Shown here one piece after another: positions 37,815-47,323 of a DNA stretch of 64,000 bases. Positions within the stretch are counted from its first letter, which is position 1. Each line of letters starts with the position of its first letter. A model generated the notes under the pieces. That model searched no databases. It was not told where the DNA came from and worked only from the letters and a program-made list of their open reading frames with translations. Origin of the DNA: Clostridia bacterium (lineage in GTDB: Bacteria > Bacillota > Clostridia > Oscillospirales > CAG-272); the NCBI GenBank assembly GCA_017621475.1, contig JAGATA010000003.1:76072-140071 (forward strand), in the 5' to 3' direction. A program made the position numbers and the translations under genes.

Positions 37815-40800
37815 ATGTTTAAGAAAATTTTGTCTTTAGCCTTGTGTCTCGGTATGTGTCTGAGTATTGCTCTTACGGCTACTTCGTGCGGCAAAAAAGA
37901 GGTAGAAGCGGCAACAGGCGATGTTCCTGCAACTTTCACACTTCTCGGCATTACCGAAGAAACAACCAAACCCGAATATGTTGAAATGGTTGAAGAAGCC
38001 ATAAACGGTATTCTTGCGCCTAGATACAAATCCAAGATCGAGCTTATGCTCGTTACAAAAGACGAGTATCTAGACCTTGTAGAGGACCAGCTTGACCTTG
38101 CTAAGTATTACGAAACATACGATGCTGCTGTTGCTACCTACAATACTTATGTAAAAAAACAATCCACATCTAACTATAATACCGAAAAAATATTCGGTAA
38201 CTGGATAAAACCCAAGGTTGAAATGAGTCTTGATACTCTCGCAACACGTTTGCTTTATGTTGCAGAGCAGACAACTATCCACGAAGACGGTAAAGTTGAA
38301 ACACTTTATCCCGAACCCCGTTCTCCCATCGATATTATTACTATCGCTGACGAAGATATGTACGACCTCTTCGATTCTTGGGGTCTTTTGAAACCCATCG
38401 AGGCTACATATACATCTTACCAGAACCTTCAGAAGTATATTTACCCTACATACTTCTCTCAGCTTAAAACACTCAAGGGCAATGTTTGCGCTATTCCCAA
38501 CAACAATATGCTTGCAGAATATACGTACTTGCTCGTTGACAAAGAACTTGCCGATAAGTACGATTACAATATCAATAATTTCAGAAGCTTTGCAGATCTT
38601 TCCGATTTCCTTGCTAAAGTAAAAGCAAGCGAAAGCGTTGTTCCTTTTGCAGAAGTACCCGAAGCTCTCGGCGTATTCTATACATTCTCCGAAGATATTG
38701 CTATCGGTACATATTTTGATCCCATCAAGGGCTTCAACGCAGAAGACCCCACATCCGGTTTTAAAATTCAGAACCTCTTTGAAGTAGAAGAATATGTTTC
38801 TCACCTCGCTCTTATGGAAGAGTATGAAGCAGCAGGTTACTTCGGCGGCAATGTAGGTAACGGTTATGCTGTTAAGGTTGTAAAAGGCGATGCTTCTTTG
38901 GCAGAGATCTATGCTGCTGAAGATTCCAAATACGACATCAAAGTTATTCAGAATCCCTTCGTTCTCAGAGAAGCTGTATTTAACGGTATGCTTGCCGTAA
39001 CATCTTATTCTTCCGATAACGAACGTGCAATGGAACTTATTGAAGCTATCAATACAGACTCCGTCATTAAGAATCTTCTCCAGTACGGTATTGAGGGCGT
39101 TAACTACGAAGTAAATGAAAACGGCGTAGTTGAAAGACTCAATAAAGATTATATGATGGATAACGCTCTTACAGGTAACGTTTATATGGGGTACCTTGAA
39201 GAAGGTATGGATGAAACAGAATGGCTCTATGTTCAGAGAACAAACTTGGCTTCTGCTCTTTCTCCTTCTCTTATCTATCCTGTTGACGATGCTTACCTTG
39301 AATCCAACCTTGAAAAGATTCTTCACAGAACAGCACTCTCCGAAGCACTTGCCGAAATCGGTTTGACATATGATCAGTATGACAGCGCTACAGGTTCTAC
39401 AGCTAACGCTTATGGCGATACACTTAAGAAACAGTTTAAAGACTATTTCGTACAACAGCTTATTAAAGAAAGCTATGCTACAGAAGAAAAAGTTGAATCC
39501 GTATTTGCAAGCAACACACCTAACTATTCTTGGTACGAAGACCAGATCGCTAAGAAGATAGTTAACGAAAAATATGCTGATGTTTGCACAACAAGCGAAC
39601 TCAACGTTCTTATTGAAACAAAGATGTGTTCTCCTGCGGATATTTATAATTCCTATACATCCGCCCGTGAAAAGGCATTGCCTTACTACAAAAATATCGA
39701 AAACTTGAGAATCGTTGCTCGTCTTACAGTTTTTTCTGACCTTACAGACGAAGAATATGAAGAAAAATATAATTCTCTTGGCGCAGGTGCTTTTGAAACA
39801 GCTGTTTATGAATATTTGAAGAGCACATACATTGAAGAAAACGACCTTACTGATGAAGAATACGCAGAACTCGTTAAATCCTTCATTATGTCCGCGCTTA
39901 CATTCTTTGATGAAAACAATCAGCAGGTAACATATACTTGGGAAGACTTTGAACAGATCAAGGAAGATGCTCAGAAGTTTGCTGAACCTATGGCTAAAGT
40001 AAGAGAAGCTTATACTGAAAGACTTATTGCAAACGGCTTTACCGAAGAACAGGTTAATGCAATAAATGACATTAAGCTCGGTGAAGAAGTTGTGGGTGTT
40101 ATCAGAGCTGAATATTACAGAAGTCAGAACCATACAGCATCTTCTTTTAGGACTGCTGTTAATAACAAGATCCTTCAGCCCTTCGGCATAGATTACGATG
40201 CATTCAAGGCTATGCAGAACAAGGATAACGCAGGCTACAACAACCTTTTGAAGAAGATGAAATCCGAGTATAAAGATGAGCTTCTTAAAACAATGACAAA
40301 GGACGAATATAACGCCCTTACGATTCCGAAAGTTTTCGACGCTGTATATGCTTACTTTATTGAAAACTATACTAAGGCATATGCTCAGATGTGCGAAGTT
40401 GCAGGTATTTCTTATAGCGAATATATGGAATACAGCGAATATATGGATAAATATATCGACTGCACAAGCCAGATGAAGAGTACATTCTTGTATACTATCC
40501 AGGAAATGTACACATCCGAAGCTGTTAACAAATTCACTCCTGCCGAAGTTGAAAAATATGTATATGAAGCTGTTTACAACGCAGGTTATTATATGAACCA
40601 GGTTGCATCCACTCTTGGTGTAACTCTTTCTGATTATAACTATGCTAAGAACAACGCTAAGAAATATACAGAATATCTCGATAAGCTCGTTGATTCCTAT
40701 AAAGGCGATCTTGCTCTTGCGGGATATAATGCAGCTGAAGTGAAGACATATTCTCCCGAAGATATCGAAGAAATCCTTTGCGAAATCGTTGAAAAGAAAC

Positions 40801-41006
40801 ATTTCGCAGAATATAAGTCTATTGAAGAGATTGCAGCTGAACTTTCTTCTTCCTACATCGCAGGTCTTAAGGATGCGGAAAATGTAACAGAATATTGCAA
40901 GACAAGCGCTAAAGCTCTTTCTGAAAATAATTTGTTCTTTACATTGATTAACTACCTTGACGAAAACTTGCAGAAACAACTCTCTTCTCTTAAAGAAAGC
41001 AAATAA
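37815..41006 (+). CDS. Giant lipoprotein: SBP-like N-terminal half fused to ~580-aa Tyr/Glu-rich C-terminal region
   Basis: ATG after ggaggg. Signal peptide with lipobox LTATSC. GNVCAIPNN..YLLVDKELADKY and NLLQYGIEGVNYEV resemble family-1 sugar-binding lipoproteins. The C-terminal half has no motif I recognise. Confidence 0.7.
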   Translation: MFKKILSLALCLGMCLSIALTATSCGKKEVEAATGDVPATFTLLGITEETTKPEYVEMVEEAINGILAPRYKSKIELMLVTKDEYLDLVEDQLDLAKYYETYDAAVATYNTYVKKQSTSNYNTEKIFGNWIKPKVEMSLDTLATRLLYVAEQTTIHEDGKVETLYPEPRSPIDIITIADEDMYDLFDSWGLLKPIEATYTSYQNLQKYIYPTYFSQLKTLKGNVCAIPNNNMLAEYTYLLVDKELADKYDYNINNFRSFADLSDFLAKVKASESVVPFAEVPEALGVFYTFSEDIAIGTYFDPIKGFNAEDPTSGFKIQNLFEVEEYVSHLALMEEYEAAGYFGGNVGNGYAVKVVKGDASLAEIYAAEDSKYDIKVIQNPFVLREAVFNGMLAVTSYSSDNERAMELIEAINTDSVIKNLLQYGIEGVNYEVNENGVVERLNKDYMMDNALTGNVYMGYLEEGMDETEWLYVQRTNLASALSPSLIYPVDDAYLESNLEKILHRTALSEALAEIGLTYDQYDSATGSTANAYGDTLKKQFKDYFVQQLIKESYATEEKVESVFASNTPNYSWYEDQIAKKIVNEKYADVCTTSELNVLIETKMCSPADIYNSYTSAREKALPYYKNIENLRIVARLTVFSDLTDEEYEEKYNSLGAGAFETAVYEYLKSTYIEENDLTDEEYAELVKSFIMSALTFFDENNQQVTYTWEDFEQIKEDAQKFAEPMAKVREAYTERLIANGFTEEQVNAINDIKLGEEVVGVIRAEYYRSQNHTASSFRTAVNNKILQPFGIDYDAFKAMQNKDNAGYNNLLKKMKSEYKDELLKTMTKDEYNALTIPKVFDAVYAYFIENYTKAYAQMCEVAGISYSEYMEYSEYMDKYIDCTSQMKSTFLYTIQEMYTSEAVNKFTPAEVEKYVYEAVYNAGYYMNQVASTLGVTLSDYNYAKNNAKKYTEYLDKLVDSYKGDLALAGYNAAEVKTYSPEDIEEILCEIVEKKHFAEYKSIEEIAAELSSSYIAGLKDAENVTEYCKTSAKALSENNLFFTLINYLDENLQKQLSSLKESK

Positions 41007-41029
41007 TTCTTCCTAACATATTCATCCCC

Positions 41030-41061
41030 AAAAAAGAAACGGCGTAAGCCGTTTCTTTTTT
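41030..41061 (+). terminator. Rho-independent terminator
   Basis: aaaaagaaacggc / gccgtttcttttt stem, gtaa loop, T-run. Confidence 0.7.
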
Positions 41062-41101
41062 GCTTTTAAGCCGACATAGGTCAGCTTTTTTTCTTATTTA
41101 A

Positions 41102-41135
41102 GTCATATTGCGGGGGACAAGTCGATATATATAAT
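41102..41135 (+). promoter_or_regulatory. Candidate sigma-E-type promoter of the spoIIIA operon
   Basis: GTCATATT (-35 like ..ATATT) and TATATAAT 18 nt downstream (6/8 to CATACAAT), ~25 nt upstream of the TTG start. Confidence 0.35.
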
Positions 41136-41159
41136 GTATGAGAAAGGAAGTGAAATAGT

Positions 41160-42062
41160 TTGAATCATTTGGAAAAAGTGCTTGTATGCTTGCCGGAAAA
41201 GGAAAGAGGGGCTCTTGCTTCGTTTTTGTCGCGCGTGTCTGCAAATAAAATTACGGAAATTAGGCTGCGTGCAGAAGCACCGTCTTCCGTGACTTATGAG
41301 GGGCGTAACGTATATCTTTTTTCGGGCGCAGAGGTAAGATTCAGCGAGCAAGAGCTCCGTGGAATTGTTTCGAGATTGTGCGAAGAATCTATTCACACTT
41401 ACAGTGAAAGTATGAAGCAGGGATATATAACTTTGGATAATGGTATGAGGATCGGGGTATGCGGCAGCGCCGTCTGCGATGGGGACCGCATTCTGGGCTT
41501 ACGAGATGTGACTTCGTTATCTATTCGTATCCCTCATATTTTCCGCGGAGTTGCGGATGAAGTGCTGCCTATTATATGCAACGGGGACAAAATACAAAGC
41601 GCTCTTTTTTATTCGCCGCCGGGAGTAGGAAAAACGACGCTTATAAGAGATATAGCTATGCGCTTGGGCGGCGGAGCCAAGAGGTTTCGAGTTTGTGTTG
41701 TCGATACAAGGAGCGAAATATATATAAAAGAATTTTTCTCTCATTCGCTTTGCGATTTTTTGGATGGTTATCCAAAGGGGCTTGGCATAGAGATAGCAAC
41801 GCGAACTTTTTCGCCTCAAGTTGTTATATGTGATGAGATTGGAGACATTTCCGAAGCTAACGCTATACTTTCCACGCAAAACAGCGGTGTTCCTCTTATA
41901 GCTACGGCACATGGGGAGAACATAGCTTCACTTATGCTTCGCCCTAATATAAAAATATTACACGATGCGGGAATTTTTCGTTATTACATAGAGATAAAGC
42001 GTGATAATGGGGGAGAAAAATGTATTTTCAGCGTTACAGATACGATGCGGAGGCTTGAATGA
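41160..42062 (+). CDS. spoIIIAA: Stage III sporulation protein AA (ATPase)
   Basis: TTG start after aaaggaag. Walker A SPPGVGKTTLIRD. First gene of an 8-gene operon. Confidence 0.85.
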   Translation: MNHLEKVLVCLPEKERGALASFLSRVSANKITEIRLRAEAPSSVTYEGRNVYLFSGAEVRFSEQELRGIVSRLCEESIHTYSESMKQGYITLDNGMRIGVCGSAVCDGDRILGLRDVTSLSIRIPHIFRGVADEVLPIICNGDKIQSALFYSPPGVGKTTLIRDIAMRLGGGAKRFRVCVVDTRSEIYIKEFFSHSLCDFLDGYPKGLGIEIATRTFSPQVVICDEIGDISEANAILSTQNSGVPLIATAHGENIASLMLRPNIKILHDAGIFRYYIEIKRDNGGEKCIFSVTDTMRRLE

Positions 42063-42562
42063 GGATAGCGGGAGCTTTTCTTTTGTTTGTTTTTTTTACT
42101 TTTGCGGGAATTATGCGCGGCGGAAAGGAAAGGGAGAAGCTTTGCGAGTGTGAGGCCTTTCTGGATCTTTTCGAATATGTGAAAAATCAAATAGATTATT
42201 TTTTAACACCTACAAAAATGATATACCGAAATTATTCAAATGCAGTTTTAGAGAAAAAGGGATTTTTGCAATTGCTTCGTTCGCACGAAAATGATGATGT
42301 TTATAGGGATGTTTGGCGCATATCATTTGAAGCTTGTAAAGAACGGTTCAATTTATCAACTTCGCAAGCAAATCTTGTCTTGGGATTTGGGGAGTGTATC
42401 GGTAAATCAAGCGCCCATATGCAATCTGCAAATTTTGATTATTATATCCTCAGAATGGGCGATGAGATAAAAAAACAGCGCGCAGAAAGCGAAAAAAATA
42501 TAAAGCTTTATCGAACTCTCGGTGTGGCGGCGGGAGCTCTTGCGGCGATACTTGTTATATAG
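42059..42562 (+). CDS. spoIIIAB: Stage III sporulation protein AB
   Basis: 167 aa with N- and C-terminal TM helices. Operon position, and a 4-nt start/stop overlap with AA. Confidence 0.75.
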   Translation: MRIAGAFLLFVFFTFAGIMRGGKEREKLCECEAFLDLFEYVKNQIDYFLTPTKMIYRNYSNAVLEKKGFLQLLRSHENDDVYRDVWRISFEACKERFNLSTSQANLVLGFGECIGKSSAHMQSANFDYYILRMGDEIKKQRAESEKNIKLYRTLGVAAGALAAILVI

Positions 42563-42577
42563 GAAGGGTTCGGAAAT

Positions 42578-42772
42578 ATGAATGTGGAGCTTATTTTAAA
42601 GGTCGCGGGGGTGGGCTTCCTCGTGACGGTAGTGTTTCAAGTATTATCAAAATCCGGTAGGGATGAGCAAGCAATGCTTGTATCTGTAGCAGGTATAATC
42701 ATCGTGCTTTTAATGATTGTTGGTGAACTTGGTGGGCTTCTTGATACAATAAAAAATGTGTTTGGACTTTGA
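42578..42772 (+). CDS. spoIIIAC: Stage III sporulation protein AC
   Basis: 64-aa two-TM protein, ILKVAGVGFLV..SGRDEQA. Confidence 0.85.
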   Translation: MNVELILKVAGVGFLVTVVFQVLSKSGRDEQAMLVSVAGIIIVLLMIVGELGGLLDTIKNVFGL

Positions 42773-43158
42773 ATATGATATTAAAGATATGCGGCATTGC
42801 GCTGATCGGGCTTATATGTGTAAGCGTTATGAAAACGCTAAAAAACGAAATATCGGGCTTCATAAGCGCCGCTACGGGGCTTTTAATAGTCGGAAGCTCA
42901 TTTGCCTTGATGTATCCTGTTATAAGCTACATAGGCGAAATTTCAAACGATACGGGGTTTTCGTTGTATATAGAGACGATACTCAAGGCGATCGGTATAG
43001 CGATGATATCCCAAACCACCTCTGATATTTGCCGCGATTGCGGGGAAAACGCGATTGCGGGCAGGGTGGAATTTGCGGCGAAAGCAAGCATTATGCTTAT
43101 TTCTTTACCTGTTGTAAAAAGCCTTATTGCTCTTGCGTTCGAGGTAATGGAAAAATGA
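42769..43158 (+). CDS. spoIIIAD: Stage III sporulation protein AD
   Basis: 129-aa polytopic protein, ILKICGIALIG... Overlaps the AC stop. Confidence 0.85.
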   Translation: MNMILKICGIALIGLICVSVMKTLKNEISGFISAATGLLIVGSSFALMYPVISYIGEISNDTGFSLYIETILKAIGIAMISQTTSDICRDCGENAIAGRVEFAAKASIMLISLPVVKSLIALAFEVMEK

Positions 43159-44273
43159 AAAAAATAATTATCATTTTGTTATTTTGCTCGATTTTTTTTG
43201 TTTCCTTTGCTCCCTGTGTGTTCGCCGGAGAACAAAAAAGCGAATCTACTATAGATGACTCTGCCATACCGCAGGAGATTCGTAAATATCTTCCTGAGGA
43301 GATATTCGATTGTTCTTCCGAAGAATTTTTAGAAATATTTACGGTAAATACGACCTTGAAAACAGTATTATCTATAGCGGGTAATATTTTCCCGGAGGTA
43401 ATGTCTGCCTTTTTACTTTTGGTAGGTCTGTGCGTTATCTCCGCTGTGCTTTCCGCTTTGAAAGAAAGTGCGGGGGTGCAAAATTTGCGCTATGCGTTGG
43501 AATTTATCTCAGTACTTTGCGTGTCAACGGCTGCATTTTACTATGTGCAAGCTCTTTTTGAAGATTTCAGCTTGTTTATGGAACAAGTGACTGCTTTTAT
43601 GAGGATAATTGTTCCTGCTATGTCTGCGCTTATGCTTTCTTCCGGGGAGATAAGCGCTTCGATGGTCTTTGGAAGCGTTCTTGCTGCCATAGTTGCTTTT
43701 TTGGAGAATTTTTCTGCGGTGGTGTTTGTCCCTCTTTTATCCGCGCTTATGTGTATTTCCGTAACTTCGTCTGCTTGCTCGGATGTTGATATTTCGGGAT
43801 TTTCAAGGCTTATTAAAAATATTGTTACATATATTTTATCGGCGGTTATGCTGATACTTACTTGCGTGATGGCATTTCAGACAGTTATTGCCAAGAGCGC
43901 TGATACCGCAGTGGTAAAGGGCGTGAAGTTCGTGATAGGCAACGCTGTACCGATCGTCGGCGGGGCGCTTGCGGATGCGATTACAACGGTAGCTTCTTCG
44001 GTTGGGCTTGTAAGGGCAGGGACGGGTATCGGAGGCGCTATAGTTGTGTGTGTGATGTTTGCCTTGCCTGTAATAAAAATGATACTGTGGAAGCTGATGC
44101 TTGATGCTGTGGGTGCAATATCGTCCGCTTTTTCGCTTCAAAAAGAAAGTGCTTTCTTTTTCGAAATATCTCAGATAACGGGATTTTTAATAGCGGTTAT
44201 GGCGAGTATGGCGATGCTTTTTATAATTGCGCTTGCTGCGGCTGCTTTTTCCGGCGGAGGTGCTGTTAAATGA
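43155..44273 (+). CDS. spoIIIAE: Stage III sporulation protein AE
   Basis: Start at MKKIIIILLF (ATGA overlap with AD). Signal peptide, then a polytopic domain. Confidence 0.8.
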   Translation: MKKIIIILLFCSIFFVSFAPCVFAGEQKSESTIDDSAIPQEIRKYLPEEIFDCSSEEFLEIFTVNTTLKTVLSIAGNIFPEVMSAFLLLVGLCVISAVLSALKESAGVQNLRYALEFISVLCVSTAAFYYVQALFEDFSLFMEQVTAFMRIIVPAMSALMLSSGEISASMVFGSVLAAIVAFLENFSAVVFVPLLSALMCISVTSSACSDVDISGFSRLIKNIVTYILSAVMLILTCVMAFQTVIAKSADTAVVKGVKFVIGNAVPIVGGALADAITTVASSVGLVRAGTGIGGAIVVCVMFALPVIKMILWKLMLDAVGAISSAFSLQKESAFFFEISQITGFLIAVMASMAMLFIIALAAAAFSGGGAVK

Positions 44274-44767
44274 GTTCTTTCTATGAATTTATAAAAAGTT
44301 TTTGCATAATAGCTATATCCAGCGGACTTGCTATGGCTTTATCTCCGGAAGGCAATATGAAAAAATATATAAAATATCTTGTTTCTCTTTGCGTGGTATG
44401 CGCGCTTCTTTCTCCGTTTCTATCCTTTGCACAAAAAGCCCCGAAGCTTTTAACGAATTTTGAAATGGAGATAAAAGACGTGAGCGCGGATGTGAAAGAT
44501 GAAGCGCAAACGAACGTAGCGCTTATAGCAAAGCAGAATATCGAAAACGAGCTTTCGTCGCTCCTATCCGCTAATTTTGGCTTTAAAGAGGATGATATAT
44601 ATATTGTTCTGACGATAGACAGCGTTGATGTTTCCGCTGTCAAGATAACTGACGTTACCGTTTTCCTGTGCGACGTTGCAAAAAAAGAAGAGATAAGTGA
44701 ATATATTTCGGAATTATTTTTAAATACGGTGAATATACATATTATGAAAAAGGGGGTGGGGACGTGA
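44270..44767 (+). CDS. spoIIIAF: Stage III sporulation protein AF
   Basis: 165 aa with two N-terminal TM helices. Operon position, overlapping stop/start. Confidence 0.7.
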   Translation: MSSFYEFIKSFCIIAISSGLAMALSPEGNMKKYIKYLVSLCVVCALLSPFLSFAQKAPKLLTNFEMEIKDVSADVKDEAQTNVALIAKQNIENELSSLLSANFGFKEDDIYIVLTIDSVDVSAVKITDVTVFLCDVAKKEEISEYISELFLNTVNIHIMKKGVGT

Positions 44768-45264
44768 ATAATATTTTTTCGGGAATGGAAAGAAAAAAAC
44801 TCATCTTGCTTTTTGTTATAGGTGCTGTGGGAGTTTTGCTTGTGGTCTTGGGCTACATAGCCCCGTGGGAGCAAAAGGAAACAAATGAAAAAGAAATTGA
44901 AGTTTCTTTGCAAACTATGGAATATATAAGCGAGATAGAGAATAAGATTAGAAGCATAACGGAGAAGATCACGGGAAGCACCGACGTTTCCGTGATGGTA
45001 AGTACCGAAAGCGGTACGGAATTTGTTTATGTTTCCAATGAGGATATGAACGGAGAAGACGTCAGCAAGGAATATATAACCGTAAAAAATGAAAACGGCG
45101 AATATGAGCTTGTCCTTGCAAAAGAGGTATACCCGTCCATCACAGGCGTATCCATCGTATGCCCCGGCGGCGACGATTACGCTGTGCAGAAGAAAATAAT
45201 AAATTCCGTATCTACAGCATTCGGGCTTTCAAAAAACCGTATTTGTGTAGTCGGAACAAAATAA
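44764..45264 (+). CDS. spoIIIAG: Stage III sporulation protein AG
   Basis: GTG start after gggggtgggg. One TM helix plus a C-terminal ring-building-like domain (VSIVCPGGDD..). Operon position. Confidence 0.7.
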   Translation: MNNIFSGMERKKLILLFVIGAVGVLLVVLGYIAPWEQKETNEKEIEVSLQTMEYISEIENKIRSITEKITGSTDVSVMVSTESGTEFVYVSNEDMNGEDVSKEYITVKNENGEYELVLAKEVYPSITGVSIVCPGGDDYAVQKKIINSVSTAFGLSKNRICVVGTK

Positions 45265-45296
45265 AAATAAACAAAATAAAAAGGAGATTTTTACTT

Positions 45297-45962
45297 ATGA
45301 GAAACGAAGAAAGAGCGGCAAAAAGAATAAACGGAGCAGAAGAAGCTGTGGAAGAATCCGTTCTTGAACTTCCTGAAGCAAAGAAAAAAGATTTCAAATT
45401 CAAGAGCGTATTTACATCCGATACTTTCAAAGACGGTGCAAAAAGCTTTGGTGTTCGCAACGTTGCGATAGTTTTGTCTGTGCTTGTTATCGGTGCGGCT
45501 GTGTTTGTAAACTGGAAGCTTTTCGGTGGTCCTTCCGACACGGATAAAAATCAGGGCGGAGCGCAGGCCGGCATTACGGACACAACAGGCGGCGTGACTG
45601 ACGTAAACGCTTCCGGAGAAGATTATTTTGCGGCGTCTCTGGTTGAGCGTGAACGCGCAAGAGACGAAGCGCTTGAGGTGCTTCAAGGCGTTGTAGATGA
45701 TTCCGAAGCTCTTGAAACGGCAAAAGAGCAGGCACTTCTTGACATCGCAACGATGGCGAAAGTTATTGAAAACGAATCCAACATCGAAACTCTTATCAAG
45801 GCGAAAGGCTTTGAAGAATGCGTTGCAGTCATTAACGGCGACAAAGCAAACGTTATTGTAAAGAGCGAGGGATTGCAGCCAAACGATCTTTCACAGATCC
45901 TTGAGATCGTTTATCTTCAGGCTGGCATTCTTCCCGAAAACGTAACGATTATGGAAAAATAA
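45297..45962 (+). CDS. spoIIIAH: Stage III sporulation protein AH
   Basis: ATG after aaaggag. One TM helix, and the C-terminal block FEECVAVINGDKANVIVKSEGL is typical of SpoIIIAH. Confidence 0.75.
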   Translation: MRNEERAAKRINGAEEAVEESVLELPEAKKKDFKFKSVFTSDTFKDGAKSFGVRNVAIVLSVLVIGAAVFVNWKLFGGPSDTDKNQGGAQAGITDTTGGVTDVNASGEDYFAASLVERERARDEALEVLQGVVDDSEALETAKEQALLDIATMAKVIENESNIETLIKAKGFEECVAVINGDKANVIVKSEGLQPNDLSQILEIVYLQAGILPENVTIMEK

Positions 45963-45980
45963 GATTACATAATCATATAG

Positions 45981-46008
45981 AAAGACATAGCGCGTGCTAT
46001 GTCTTTTT
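45981..46008 (+). terminator. Rho-independent terminator of the spoIIIA operon
   Basis: aaagacatagc / gctatgtcttt stem followed by TTTTT. Confidence 0.7.
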
Positions 46009-46068
46009 GTGTTGAATATCAAACTATGGTTGAGTTATAAACAACTATTTGATAATTGCTTTTTGCAG

Positions 46069-46105
46069 AGTTATCTGCTAGAATATAATCACACCGGTGA
46101 TAACT
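46069..46105. promoter_or_regulatory. Inverted repeat AGTTATC-N23-GATAACT bracketing the -10 region upstream of the 46125 regulator
   Basis: The two arms are exact reverse complements. TGcTAGAAT / TATAAT -10 candidates at 46076-46089 lie inside the repeat. Confidence 0.35.
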
Positions 46106-46124
46106 ATTTCAAGGAGGAGCTACT

Positions 46125-47291
46125 ATGCAACTTAATTTAGGAAGAAAAATACGCGAACTGCGCCGCCGCGACGGGCGAACGCAAGATGATCTTGCAGAGA
46201 CTCTAGGTGTGACGGCACAAGCCGTTTCCCGTTGGGAATCGGGCGGCAGTTATCCCGATATGGAGATGATACCTGCTATTGCAAATTACTTTCATATTTC
46301 TATTGACGAACTTTTCGGTTATCACGATGACAGGGAAGAAAAGATAGGAAATATTCTCCATAAGGCTTCCGAGGTCCTCACTAAACAGGGTTTTTTGATG
46401 TATCAAGGATGCCTTTCGGACGATTTTGAAGATTGCATCAATATGTTGCGCGAAGCCTCGGATGAATTTCCCAATGAGCCGAAGATACTTTTAAAACTTG
46501 CCCAAGCCCTTCATATGTGGGGATGGCATAAATACGGAGGGAGAGCAAAGCCTGCCGACTCATCGGGCATAATAGGCGATGATACGGAATACAATTCTAA
46601 AAATATTTATTGGCAGGAAGCAGTTCGTGTATATGAAAAATTGCTCAAAACAGATGCGTCTGCCGACCAACGCGAGGTCGCAATTCGTCAGCTTGTGGTT
46701 CTTTACTGCCGAATGGGAGCATACGAAAAATCAAAGGCACTTGCGAACGCTCAAAATACGCTTACCGTTTGCAAGGAAATACTGTTGCCTATGGCAACAG
46801 CGGGCGAAGAAAAAGCAAAATACCAAGACAAAAGAATTATGGCGCTTTTGAGCAGCCTCAGATCTTCTGTTACCAACGCTGTTGCTATGAGGCCTTCTGT
46901 ATATTCTTCAGAATACGGCAGAGAAATTCTCTTATCGGTTTTAAATCTGTATGAAACGATATTCATTGACGGCAGATGCGGGCGTTGGCATCAGGAAATC
47001 GGGGAATTATATTTGACCTTGGCGGACAGTGAGATAGGAAAAAACGTCAGCTTGGAAGAATCGCTTGTGTACTTTGACAAAGCGTTTGATCATTTTAAAG
47101 AGTATAAACGTATTTACAATGAAGGTGAATATAAGTATTCGGCGCCGTTAGTTTTAAATTTGCCGATGATAGCAAAGGGAGAGCTTGCCCCTGTGGGAGA
47201 TGATTTTTGGACAAAGAGGTTAAGAATGTTTCCTCAAAATATCGTTGATGAAATTCGCAAAAACCCGAAGTACGCCGAATGCTTTGAATAA
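46125..47291 (+). CDS. XRE-family HTH transcriptional regulator with ~320-aa helical (TPR-like) C-terminal domain
   Basis: aaggagg RBS. LGRKIRELRRRDGRTQDDLAETLGVTAQAVSRWESG is a Cro/C1 HTH. Confidence 0.8.
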   Translation: MQLNLGRKIRELRRRDGRTQDDLAETLGVTAQAVSRWESGGSYPDMEMIPAIANYFHISIDELFGYHDDREEKIGNILHKASEVLTKQGFLMYQGCLSDDFEDCINMLREASDEFPNEPKILLKLAQALHMWGWHKYGGRAKPADSSGIIGDDTEYNSKNIYWQEAVRVYEKLLKTDASADQREVAIRQLVVLYCRMGAYEKSKALANAQNTLTVCKEILLPMATAGEEKAKYQDKRIMALLSSLRSSVTNAVAMRPSVYSSEYGREILLSVLNLYETIFIDGRCGRWHQEIGELYLTLADSEIGKNVSLEESLVYFDKAFDHFKEYKRIYNEGEYKYSAPLVLNLPMIAKGELAPVGDDFWTKRLRMFPQNIVDEIRKNPKYAECFE

Positions 47292-47292
47292 T

Positions 47293-47320
47293 GGAAAACC
47301 ACGCGTAAGCGTGGTTTTCC
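47293..47320. terminator. Bidirectional terminator shared by the two convergent XRE genes
   Basis: ggaaaaccacgc / gcgtggttttcc 12-bp perfect stem with gtaa loop. Confidence 0.7.
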
Positions 47321-47323
47321 GTG

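Noticed and set aside
38070-40979. 969-aa ORF on the minus strand
   Set aside because: It is the exact codon-aligned antisense of the 37815..41006 lipoprotein gene. It has no RBS or signal features, and its composition is Cys/Phe/Ile/Asn-rich nonsense. The plus-strand gene has an RBS, a lipobox, a promoter, a terminator and SBP-like motifs.
43029-43154. 42-codon N-terminal extension of the spoIIIAE ORF (and the analogous 45159..45296 extension of spoIIIAH)
   Set aside because: The extensions overlap the preceding genes in another frame and encode Arg/Cys-rich junk. The internal ATGs give proper signal or TM N-termini, with ATGA coupling (AE) or an aaaggag RBS (AH).
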